A DNA stretch of 64,000 nucleotides. It comes from Okamejei kenojei. Lineage: Eukaryota. The translations under genes and the position numbers were made by a program. Where the stretch lies: the NCBI GenBank assembly GCA_035221665.1, contig CM069132.1, forward strand, positions 107,074,001-107,138,000, in the 5' to 3' direction. The notes beneath the pieces were generated by a model, which saw only the letters and a program-made list of their open reading frames with translations, searched no databases and had not been told where the DNA came from. Of this stretch, positions 38,386 through 49,363 are shown one piece after another; position 1 is the stretch's first letter, and each line of letters opens with the position of its first letter.

Positions 38386-38782
38386 CTCTGGGCTTGAACA
38401 TTGAATGTTCTCAATTCTGTTAACCCTTGCTGTCTCCTCCCCTTCCCACCTCTCCCTCAGCCCTCGGGCCCTGGCATTCCCTCTCTCTCTATCTCCCTCC
38501 CCCACCCTAGTCGCACTAGCTTCTCATTTTCACACCACAAACAGCTTACAATGGCTTGTTCCCTTTACCATTGATACTTTTTTGCATATCTTTCATTCAT
38601 TGTTCTTTATCTCTCCACATCACCGTCTATATCTCTCGTTTCCCTGATCCATGACCAGTCTGAAGAAGGGTCTCGACCCGAAACGTCGCCTATCTCCTTC
38701 GCTCCTTAGATGCTGCTGCACCCGCTGAGTTTCTCCAGTCTTTTGTGTACCCTCGATTCTCCAGCATCTGCAGTTCCTTCTT
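38386..38782 (+). mobile_element. Penelope 3' end / LTR, inverted relative to 36487-36840
   Basis: Near-identical reverse complement of the 36.5-kb copy; TSD-like taaccagggagcat / taaccagagagcat. Confidence 0.88.
38660..38687 (+). ncRNA. Minimal type I hammerhead ribozyme motif in PLE LTR, sense to the CTNNAL1 pre-mRNA
   Basis: CTGAAGAagggtctcgacccGAAACGTC with intact core and GUC triplet; weak stem I. Confidence 0.65.
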
Positions 38783-39987
38783 TAACCAGAGAGCATATTG
38801 CCTTGTGTAAATGTTCCCTCTGTCCTCACCCTGCAATAAAATTACTTAAAACAATTGTACCCATATGCAAATTAGATCGGAAGCCATAAACATAATGGTG
38901 GATTGAAAAGATTCTAACACTGCTGATCAGATCTTTTAGGGTAAAACATGCCAGAAGACCAGAATTGTCTAAAAAAAATCTCAAAGATGTCCATTATACG
39001 CATGTATTAAATTCTCCAGCTTGAGCTACCTTTTTTTTTAAAAAAAGGACCAATCTTCTTGAAACTTAATTTAAAATACCCGTTAAAAAACTGTAATTAC
39101 AAATAAATGAAAGCTAGATAATAAGCAATTACAAATTAATGTTTTCTTTTTAAAGTCTCAGTTGGCACTTTTTTCACAGTCAACATATTAACTTTGTTCT
39201 GTAAGCAAAAGGGCTTCGGGCTTAAGTGTTAAAATAGTCGATCACACTGTTTTCCATTATTAGATTACTAACAAATGTTAAAGTGTTTGGCAGAATAACA
39301 TTTGTACTGAATTGCTATAAAAAGTTAATTAAAATTAGGATAATCTTCAATCCCTTCTTTATGTGATGCCTGAAAATGATTGCTAAATTGTATTTACATT
39401 ATCTTATTATTGGTGTTATTTTACTCTTATTAGGAGGAGTTGCATTTGTTTTCTATCTTGTAGTATTTGTTAATGATACATTCTTTCATGTTTGAGTTGG
39501 CCTTTATTCAGATCTGCTTCTGAAAGGGCACCAGTCTTCTAATTGGATGTTTCAAAATGCAGAGATGAGGTGAAGAGACAGTGGAGAGGGCATTTCTGAA
39601 ATGTGTATGTTCTGTTTGCGCTGTTTCTGCATTCTATGGCCTTTCGAAGATGTCAGTTCAATTTTTGCCTTGTCAGACTCTTGAGACAATATTTCAACCC
39701 AGAAAAGGCTCGATTCAATTTGTTTTAGTGTTACCATTTGTTTAACTGTTTTCTGTGGCAGAGTAAAGCTTTTTGATATCCTCCACCTTTCTTCACCCCA
39801 GGCATGTTTTGTTGATCTTCAGTTAATGGCAGGTGAAATTGGCAGCAACAGAGGCTGAGGATCGTACAAAGTATAAAGTTATTCAGATATAAACATTAAT
39901 TGGTTATATAGCAAGAAAGTAATCAAATATGATTCACTGTATGATGGTCAGATGTTCATCTTGGTATTTGTGAAACAAGACATGAGG

Positions 39988-40230
39988 GTCTGAAGAAGGG
40001 TCTCGATCCAAAATGTCACATTACTTTTCTCCACAGTTGCTGCCTGACCCACTGGGTTACTCCAGCTTTTTGTGTCTATCTTTGGTTAACTGGATAGTAG
40101 AGCATTGCAGACACCAGGAACTGTAGATACTGGTTTACAAAAAAGTCACTGTGCTGGAGTAACTCGGCACGTCAAACAGCATCTTTGGGGAACATGGATA
40201 GGCAACGTTTCTTGTCGGGACCCAGACTCA
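39988..40230. mobile_element. Two adjacent inverted PLE-LTR fragments
   Basis: Plus copy ctgaagaagggtctcgatccaaaatgtc..., minus copy gaactgtagatactgg...ggcaacgtttcttgtcgggaccc. Confidence 0.65.
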
Positions 40231-40659
40231 GTGGAGTATTGCAACTGAACCAAAGTTCTCTAATCTTTTTCCAGCCAGTAGATAACAAGGACCAGTGCTA
40301 ATAATCTGAAAACCAAAAAAATGCTAAAAAATACTCTGTATTTCAGCTGTAGTTTGTCTATCGTAACTAGCAAATAGAGATAAGTAATGTCTAAAAACTA
40401 ATCAAACCAAGTTGTGTTGGAGTATTTGAGAGGAAGGATGGCACCTCAGCATGTACACATAAAATAATGTATATACAAAGTTGGATATGCAGTGATTATT
40501 TTTATCGTTAATTTGCAACCTGATCATTGTTTAAAAAAGAATCCTCTTGTAAACAATACATTGAGATATGGTGAGAACTAATGCAAATGAGAACTGGAGA
40601 ATTGATGGGATCTAATGCTGCATGAAGTTTCTAACTCTATATCCTTTATGCCAAGACTT

Positions 40660-41245
40660 ATTAAGTCAAGTTGCGTCAGTGGAATGTATTGCCATGTCGC
40701 AAGTACGTGATGTACAGGTACAGTGAAAAACCTACAGTGAAAAGCCGACTTAGGCAACGCATAAAACATGAAACATACATGAACCATTCATGAACATGAA
40801 AAGAAAAAGACTGCATAAACAAGATATTAGAGCAAAGCAAGTCCATGGTGGTGCAAGAGCTGATGCGTAGTGTTCTGTTGCCAAGGTAGGATTAGGGTTA
40901 TCCACGTGATTCAAGGACCTGCTAGCAGTGGGAAAGTAGCTATTCCTGAGCCTGATAGTGTGGGACTTCCATATCTCCTGCCTAATGATAGCAGCAGGTG
41001 AGAGCATGGCCCGGGTGATGGGTATCCTCAATGACAGACAATGCCTTTTTTAGACAGCACCTTATGTAGATGCTTTAGAAGGTGTGGAGGTGATGGACGG
41101 GTTGACTCCACCACTGTCTGCAGCCTATAGTGTTCCTGTGTCTTGAGATTGCTTTACTGGGCCTTGATGCCGTCAACCAGTCAAGTTATTTTCTACAGTG
41201 TATCTGTAGCAATTCATAAAGTATTTAGCGGTATGTTGAATCTCT
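40660..41245 (-). mobile_element. Degenerate Rex1-like LINE 3' fragment
   Basis: HTIRLRNSYFPTASRSLN remnant; tail-like aagtcaagttg. Confidence 0.65.
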
Positions 41246-41693
41246 TTGTTTGCATGCTCTAGACAGTTTACATACTTTGGACAGTATATACATCCTCTTT
41301 TTGTTGGTTAATATTTCCTTTCACTTAAATCATAGTAAACTCCTTTGTAAAACTATTGAGCCACTGTGTTATTGGTTTTGCTAATTTTATAAACTCAATA
41401 ATGTTATACAAAAGAAAACTCAACACATGGTTTCTGCGCTATCTTCCTTCATTTTGAACAGATTCAATAACTTTAAATGGGAGAGGGATGAAGCAGCTCA
41501 GCCTTTGTGGTTGAGAACAATTACTTCCTATAAAACAGAGAATGCTGGGAATAATCAGCAACATGTTCAGTCAACATCTTAGGAGCGAAAAACAGATTTT
41601 ATGTGCTGGATTGATAATATTTTAGAATTGTAAATAGAGATACACATTTTAAGTTGCAGAGAGAGAGGTTGGAGCGGAGAGAAGAAAAGGGAA

Positions 41694-41786
41694 GGTACAC
41701 CAAATGCTGGAGAAACTCAGCGGGTGCAGCAGCATCTATGGAGCAAAGGAGATAGGCAACGTTTCGGGCCAAAACCCTTCTTCAGA
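41694..41786 (-). mobile_element. PLE-LTR fragment with hammerhead core at 41758-41785
   Basis: Minus strand reads CTGAAGAagggttttggcccGAAACGTT. Confidence 0.75.
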
Positions 41787-42201
41787 TTGGGAAGGGAAGA
41801 TCTGTGCGTGAAAAAATAATTTCAGCGTTTGTTAATCAAATCATTAGAAGTTTGAAAAATACTTTTTCGTGAAAAAGTTAAATCGCTGCAACGGCGTGAG
41901 GTACACCATGTATGCTACTGCCAATGCTCATTGTTGCTCCACCATTTAGATTCCATTGCTTCTATTATCAAATTCATAATTTTAATATTCTAACACTTTG
42001 CATTCAGTAAAGGAATGATTAGAAGTGCATCTGATTTTGCATATAGCATTCAAGCCTCCACACTGCCATTCCTAATACGTTTTTTTCTACTTCAACTTTT
42101 AATCTGTACTATTGATCCAGATAAATAATTACAGGAATTAATATTATCTGTAGAAGATTTTAGAACCTAATTGCTTGAATCTTCTTTTTCATTGGCTGCA
42201 G

Positions 42202-42391
42202 ATCACAACACTTATCAATCACAAAGAAAAACCAAAGAAATCTGAGAAAACGTGGCGAGCAATTCAACGGGTCGGGCAAGCAGTGAGTTTGGCTGTTGGA
42301 AGATTTGTCGCTGTTGGTGAAGCCATAGCAAGTGAAAATGAAGAGTTAAAAGAAGAAATGTACTTTGCCTGTCAGGAGGCAAGGCAAGCAG
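42202..42391 (+). CDS. CTNNAL1: Alpha-catulin (catenin alpha-like 1), internal coding exon, probably exon 2
   Basis: ITTLINHKEKPKKSEKTWRAIQRVGQAVSLAVGRFVAVGEAIASENEELKEEMYFACQEARQAG closely matches vertebrate alpha-catulin as recalled (ITTLINHKDNTKKSDKTLQAIQRVGQAVNLAVGRFVKVGEAIANEN); pyrimidine tract and CAG acceptor ending at 42201; G|GTACGT donor at 42392; 190 nt, phase 0 to 1. Confidence 0.93.
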
Positions 42392-43499
42392 GTACGTTTA
42401 TCCTGTGATCCGCATCAAATTCCACCTTACATAATTTGCAGAGAAAGAAATAAAACCAAACCATGCATACCATTAATAATGAGCATGTAAGTCATCAACT
42501 TGCAGAGAAACTCTTTTAGTGTCATCTTGTGTTTAATCTCCTTTCCATTTTTTTGCCCTTTTCCCCTTTCTCAAACTAATCTTTTTCTTCATTTCTCTTT
42601 CTTTACATCCCTTGATTGAATGCACCCATTATAATCATCTATTTACTTACACTTAAATCTAGCTGTATCTTTTCCGTGTTTCTTTGTTCATCAAGGACCC
42701 ATTAAAGCAGAGTTACCACCTTCCCCTTCCAGGACTAAGAAGCCAAAAGAATTTTGAGTTGAAATCTGCTCACTATTGATGCCACTAGATGCCTTATTTT
42801 CAGGGCCATTTTCGCTATGGCATCAAATCATCCCCTTTCCAATCTTGCCTCCCCTCCAAAAGCTCAATTTGTCTCTGAGTCAATCCAATATTCGAAGTTG
42901 TTGTTACAAGGATTAAGGTAAACGGGTCATGGTGGGAATGTGAAATTTTCTTGCAGTCGTACTATGCTTGGGTTGTATACTCCCAATTTCATTTGACATA
43001 ATGGTACCTTGTGTAGTTTTTATTCTCATCTGTATATTTGCCCATGCTTTTATTTATATAGAGCTGGATAATGGCTGTCACAGAACATTATTACATGCCA
43101 TAGTGAATTCTTTAACAACAAAACAATTTAATTTCCTCATCTAACATTTATTCTAGGTTGTCACTCCAGAATCCTTCTGAACACAACGATACATTAACCA
43201 AGATTGCTTAGAAGAGATTCCAAGTTTCAACTTATTTGTTCAGACAGATATTAATGATTAAACTGCATTGTAAAAGCAAGGGAAATGTCATTGTTTTTCT
43301 CCTATTAAATGTTTCACTAAGAAAAGATGAGTTGATCATTGATCTGATTTGTTGTTTGCGAAACAGAACAGCTGCTGCATTTGTTAGAACCAAAAATGAA
43401 TCCATTGTGAATAAAGTGTTTTTGTACATACCTACATAATGATACTAAACACGTATTTCCACCCTACTTTCTGTATGCCTCATTCTACTTCACCGTTAT

Positions 43500-43945
43500 C
43501 CTATAATACGCACCCAACTCCTCCAATGACTACTGACCGGTGGTGCTGACTTCACACATCATGAAGTCCCTGGAGAGGCTGGTGTTCACTCACCTGCGAC
43601 TCCTGGTTAAACCCTACCTGGACCCCCTGTAGTTACCAAATAAAGATGAGGGTTGAGGATGCTATCATCCACCTGCTCCATCATTCTGATGCTCACCTGG
43701 ATAAGCTGGGAAGCACTGTGAGATTTATGTTTTTTTACTCCTCCAGTGCTTTAAACACCATCTGGCCTGCACTGCTAGGGAGAAAACTGACGAAGATGTG
43801 GGTGGATGCTCCATTGGTGTTCTGGATCACCAACCACCTGACTGGATGACCACAATATGTCAGGCTACAGAACTGTGTCTCGGGCATGGTAGTGAGCCAC
43901 ACAGGGGCTCCACAGGGGACGGTCTTCTCTCCCTTCCTGTTCACC
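43500..43945 (+). mobile_element. Rex1-like LINE RT fragment
   Basis: VEDAIIHLLHHSDAHLDKLGSTVRFMF..SSALNTI; TGAPQGTVFSPFLF. Confidence 0.8.
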
Positions 43946-46574
43946 TCAGATGTTTCCTGCCCTTGTTTATATGTAAATATATTTTCGTTTCATCTGTATT
44001 ATTGATCCAAATTGTGTTAAAGAGTATTTGGATCATGCATGCACTTGATCAAAATGTTGGTGCTTCCTGGTATGGGCGTCATTTTTTTGAGGGGGAGAGG
44101 GAGATGTCAGGATTGGTTATTTTGCTTTTGATTGACAGCTTTTGCTACCATCTACTGAATCTTTGAATTGGTCGCTTTTATAATTTTATTTTATTTAGTC
44201 AGCAACACGTTAATAATTTGCCTTTTTCTTATTACCATTTTCATAGAACACCAAATGTTAAATGTTTTCATCATGTCTAGTGAGATGTCATAGAATTGTT
44301 AGGTGTCAGAAGGAGTCGGTCAGTCCATCATGTTTTGTGATCTACAATGGACACGATGTGCATCATTGACATGGTGTTGTATGGCTACCCTTCCAGTGAA
44401 CTGTGTGTACTCTCTACTGCTGAAGTTCTCTGTCAGGAGAGAAGTGTCAGAAAAAATATTGTGGTGTAAGTTTGAACAATGGAATAATAATGTGATCCTT
44501 TAATTTTGTCCTTCCAAACTTGGGTTCAGTTTAGATTAAATTGCACCAAGCGGCACTGGAATGATGTACAGCCTAGAAAACCCTATTAATTTCATTGTCA
44601 ATGCTAATATTGGAAACAGTATCAAATTACATCATACAATCATAGTATTGGTTTAAATACTTTGCCTGATTGATATGTGCTATTTCAATCAATTTTTTTA
44701 TTCAACATGATATTCTTTTTACCGTTATTCAAAAGTGGCCAAAATTGGTACAATTTTAATTTTGTAGCCCAAATTTTAATTCTTGCATCTACAGAATGCA
44801 AATGTGAAATTATTTTATTTTGTTAGTTTTAGTGTGTGTAGAAATCAAATAAATTTGGGGTTGTCAGAACTGACAACACATTAACTGAAGTCAGTCATAT
44901 TTCGGATTTAAATGAAAATGCTTTTGAAATGTTCATCATTCATGAACTGAATTTTAAAAAGACAAATGCAGACATAAAATCAGGCAATGGTATAGCAGGT
45001 GCCACATCTATTACTTCAGAAATTGAAGGAGAATAACAAATAGAGCTATTAAACTGAAATAGTAAAGTTATGCTACTCATTTTATTTGCAGCTGTATTTA
45101 TGATGAATTACCAACCGTTTATCTGAAGAATCCTATGCGTTTAGTTAATATGAACATGATTGAAGCCGAGCATTCTCTATGAATTGAAATTAAAATATTG
45201 CTTTGTTGCTGGCATTTTGTACACTCAGAAATCTTGCACAGCCTTTAATGTCTGGACAAGCAATTTGCAATTTCCGCCATCAGCAGCTGTGCTCAGTTGG
45301 GCACAGATAATGTTACCTGTACTGGGAAATGACCTTTCAGCACATCCATAGTTAACATTTGTTTTGAATTGTTGATCAAAGGTGACATTTAGGATCTATC
45401 TTCATAGTCTGCATATGTAGCGCAACAGATTAGCTATGTGTTGCAGTGAAATTGATTCCTGAAGCACCGTTGACGGGGCATCTGCTGAAGCTCAGAGCTG
45501 ATTAACGTTGAGAAAGGTTTGAAGGGCAATTGAAATAAATACAGTGTTGTAGTCACCAGACAACAAGGGAAATACAGTTCAACTTCTGAGCCAGATTTTA
45601 ATTCTTGCATTAAATAGCACTTGACATATGTTTGTAATCATTTCCCCAGGTTATTGTTATTTTTGGCTTCTCCTTTTAAGAATGACAGAAATGCACATTT
45701 GAATCTACACAATCTTTTTGATCAGGAGCCTGGAAGATTAACGCTTTTTTTTGCATGTTTAAGCTTTTAATGGAAGCATTTGATTCTCCTGTTCATCTGA
45801 ATATTAATATTAAATTAAAGTTTTTTTTTTCTTTTGATTTAAACACAGCCCTATTTTATAAAATAATCCTAAATTAGATGGTTTATTTCTTGAAATGTAT
45901 CTGCTTGGTGGAAACTGAATTGTGGAGAGCCAAATGCTATGTTGCCCACTTGTTGGATCGTGCAAGCTGCAAGATTGTTTTAACCTGCTGTTCTATGCTG
46001 GCATGGGGCTTTGTCAAAAAAGTGGCATTACAGTATATTCAGTTGGATCAGAGAACATGTTATAGTAGACATGAAGGAGAAGGTGCCTCAAATTTCCTGC
46101 CATACAATCGTTAGATTGGGGCAACAGAGGTGAAAACAAAGAATAAGATACTGTGTCTCAAGGGCCAAATCATTACGGTCAAATCATCAAAGTTTCAATT
46201 AAAAGTAAGCTGGAGCCATCTTAAGGACATTTTGAAGCTACACTGAGCAATTTTGCTGTAGAGTTCAGTGTAAAATGTGAAAAGGCATGTTGGTAATTGA
46301 ATTTATTTGCAAATTGTGGGCATGAACTGCAGGGTCCAACTGCAGCCAGCTTGTTGGTTTCCAGATAAATTAACAACATTGATGATAGATTTAATTATAA
46401 CTGCAGCAAGTGCGGACCCATTGGGCCCGGTCCCCCAATGCAATATTCCACCACTCACCCATAGCCCCCAACTGCGCAGGCGTGGCCGGCAAGTGGGAGC
46501 ACGACGCAACACTTTTTTAAAGTTTAAAATGGCAATAACTTGTAAAATATAAGATCAATGTGAATGCATCTCAC

Positions 46575-46915
46575 TTTCCCTCTTCCGTCCCCTACTCCCA
46601 TCCATTATTCTCCCTCTCCCACCCTCCACCATCCGTCCTCTGCTTCCTCCGCTCACCCCCTCCCTCCCCTCCTCCCTCTTCCTCCTCCTCCATTACCTCA
46701 CCATCCCTCTTCCTACCTCTATCCTCCTCCATTCTCCCTCATCCCCCAGCACTCCCTCCCCCTCCTCTTCACCCTCCCTCTTCTTTTCCCTCTCATCTCC
46801 CCCCATCCGATCCCCCCCCACTCTCCCTCCTCGCCTACCCTACTGCCCTCCTCTTCCTCTATCCCCCACTCCCTACCCCCTCCTCTCCCTCAATCCCCCC
46901 CACTCTCCCTCCGCA
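46575..46915. repeat. Polypyrimidine/polypurine low-complexity tract (probable captured HTRA2 intron 1 start)
   Basis: About 340 bp, strongly C/T-rich on the plus strand, directly after the donor site. Confidence 0.7.
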
Positions 46916-46916
46916 C

Positions 46917-47200
46917 CTCCTCAGGATCTCAATGTAAACCACCGCCGGCCCTGTTTTCTGCACCACATCGGCGATGAAGTTGCATTTGAGGCGGGGGCTG
47001 TCGGGGGGATGGGCCGAGCGGCCTGGAGCTAGGGAAGGGAGAGGCCGAGGCTGCGGCCTAGTCCTTGGCTCGGGTCCCGCTCCTCTCCCTTCCAGCGGGC
47101 CCGGACCAGCAGCGTCGCCGCCCTCAAACCCAGCCCCAGCCTCAGCGCCCAGGCCCCGGACCCCGCACCGGCACCAACCCCAGCCCAGGGCCCGGAGGCA
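46917..47200 (-). pseudogene. HTRA2: Captured fragment of HtrA2/Omi serine protease exon 1
   Basis: [31 protein letters not shown] versus recalled HTRA2 [28 protein letters not shown]; upstream frameshifted hydrophobic stretch [18 protein letters not shown]; phase-2 donor AG|GTGCGG at 46917/46916; no further exons seen. Confidence 0.8.
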
Positions 47201-47334
47201 GAAATAATTTGCACTGTGACGTTGTGACGCCAGAGATCCCCGTTGTGACGCGCACGGGAACCCTCCCCAACTGCGCATGCGTGGGTGGCAAGTGGGGGCG
47301 CTGTAAAATATAAGATTAAATATAAGATAGAGAG

Positions 47335-47430
47335 AGCAGATGCTGGTTTAAACTGAAGATAGACACAAAATGCTGGAGTAACTCTGCGGGGCAGGCAGCA
47401 TCTCTGGAGAGAAGGAATGGGTGACGTTTT
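47335..47430 (-). mobile_element. PLE-LTR fragment truncated at the hammerhead
   Basis: gcagatgctggtt...agacacaaaatgctggagtaactc...gggtgacgttt. Confidence 0.7.
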
Positions 47431-48425
47431 GATTTTTATTGATTTTATTGATTTATATTGATTTTTTCATGACGTCTAAGATTTGTTTCATTTATTTACC
47501 AATGCAGAATCTCTAATTATATCTTGACATTTAATTGCTCCTGTGATCTTTGCAAGGCTAGTGCACACATTTCATAAAACTGTTTTATTGCATTTTATTA
47601 CCTTTCATCAGGTTTTTTACTTTGAAGGATGCTGTGTAAGTGCAGTTGTTTTTAATCTATCACTGAGGATCACTTTTGAAACTCCTTCCATTGCTTTCTG
47701 TGTGAGTTTGTACTCTACTTTCCAGTCTTTGAAGACAGGATTTCCTGAGGGACACCCTAGGTCTTAGCACTCCAGGATTTCTTTTGGCTGCCCTTCCAGC
47801 CTGAACAAATAAAGTAGTGTGCTCTCTTATCCTTTATCCTCTATTTTTAACAAAGGTAATTTTCCTGGTTGCCACTAAGGGTTGCTTTACGATCTGTTGC
47901 TGTGGTTACTGTTTGAGGGATGAATACATCATCTGAAGCTTCTTTATACCAGAAAATGGTAGGTTTTTTTGTTCACTTTGAAGATTGTGACTTTTTTTTA
48001 GAAATTAATAATCTGCAATAAAATAAGGAGGAAATCAGCCTTTTTATCTCATAAACACAGAGGTTTTTTTTAATCAAAAGTCCACAGCATTGTTATTTTA
48101 TTGATGTTTCCGTCAAAGCATGTACCCAGAAAACAGAAATCATTAACTCAGTGATGCTCATTAAGTATAATGACATTTTATCATACAGTAGGCCGTTGAG
48201 TCTGTGCCGGTTTAAAATCTCACCTTCTGCAGGTCAGGACTAGCCAGATACACAACTGTTACCATAATTCAGTTTAAATGGTAAAGTTCATAGCACAGTT
48301 CTATATGAACTGGAAATGAATTATGCTACTCAACTAGAAACCTGTGTTTATTTGTGAGTGCGGTCATGTGTGCCAACAAGCAACTTAACTGGAAGGGACA
48401 TCTCGAGTATCCTCAAGATTGGTGT

Positions 48426-49363
48426 TAGAAACAGAGAAACATAGAAAAATAGGTGCAGGAGTAGGCCATTCGGCCCTTCGAGACAGCACCGCCATTCAAT
48501 ATGATCATGGCTGATCATCTAAAATCAGTACCCTGTTTCTGCTTTTTCCCCATATTCCTTGATTCCTTTAGCCCGAAAAACTAAATCTAACTCTCTTGAA
48601 AACTCCCAGTGAATTTGCCTCCCCTGCCGTCTGTGACAGAGAATTCCACAGATTCACAACTCTTTGGGTGAAAATGTTTTTCCTCATCTCAGTCCTAAAT
48701 GGCCTACCCCTTATTCTTAAACTGTAACCCCTAGTTCTTGACTCCCCAACCTCGGGAACATTTTTCCTGCATCTAGCCTGTCCATCCTTTAAGAATTTTA
48801 TATGTTTCAATAAGATTCCCTCTCATCCTTCTAAATTCTAGTGAATACAAGCCCAGTCGACCCATTCGTTCATCATATATCAGTCCCACCATCCCGGGAA
48901 TTAACCTGGTGAACCTAAGCTGCACTCCCTCAATATCAAGAATGTCCTTCCTCAAATTAGGAGACCAAAATTGCACACTATACTCCAGGTGTGGTCTCAC
49001 CAGGGCCCTGTACAACTGCAGTAGGACCTCCTTGCTTCTAAACTCAAATCCTCTCGCAATGAAGGCCAACATGCCATTAGTTTTCTTCACTGCCTGCTGT
49101 ACCTGCATGCTTACTTTCAGTGAGTGATGTACAAGCACACTCAGGTTTCGTTGCATCTCTCCTTTTTGCCTAATCTGACACCATTCAGATAATAATCTGC
49201 CTTCCTTTTCTTTGCCACGAAAGTGGATAACCTCACATTTATCCACATTATACTGCATCTGCCATGCATCTGCCCACTCTACCCCACCTACCCAAGTCAC
49301 CCTGCAGCCTCACAGCCTCACATTGCTACCCAGCTTTGTGTCATCCGCAAATTTGGAGATGTT
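48426..49363 (-). mobile_element. CR1 LINE 3' fragment
   Basis: [38 protein letters not shown]; (tgtttcta)n-like tail. Confidence 0.93.

Larger units (their letters stand above)
46401..47327 (-). mobile_element. Putative non-autonomous Helitron carrying a host gene fragment
   Basis: Minus strand: A|TCTTATATTT 5' end, subterminal hairpin cgggcccaatgggtccg (46413-46429), 3' end ...ctgcag|T (degenerate CTAG); lies between A and T with no TSD. Confidence 0.6.

Noticed and set aside
36487-38782. Single DNA transposon with long terminal inverted repeats
   Set aside because: Each arm has its own TSD and PLE sequence, so these are two independent retro-insertions
42175-42408. 77-aa ORF as a standalone gene
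   Set aside because: Its start and stop lie in intron sequence; the real unit is the spliced exon 42202-42391
46560-46977. Pro/Ser/Leu-rich ORFs
   Set aside because: Artefacts of the polypyrimidine tract
46859-47278. 139-aa ORF as a functional HTRA2 gene
   Set aside because: Only about 30 residues match in this frame, the upstream hydrophobic part is frameshifted, and no downstream protease or PDZ exons are visible
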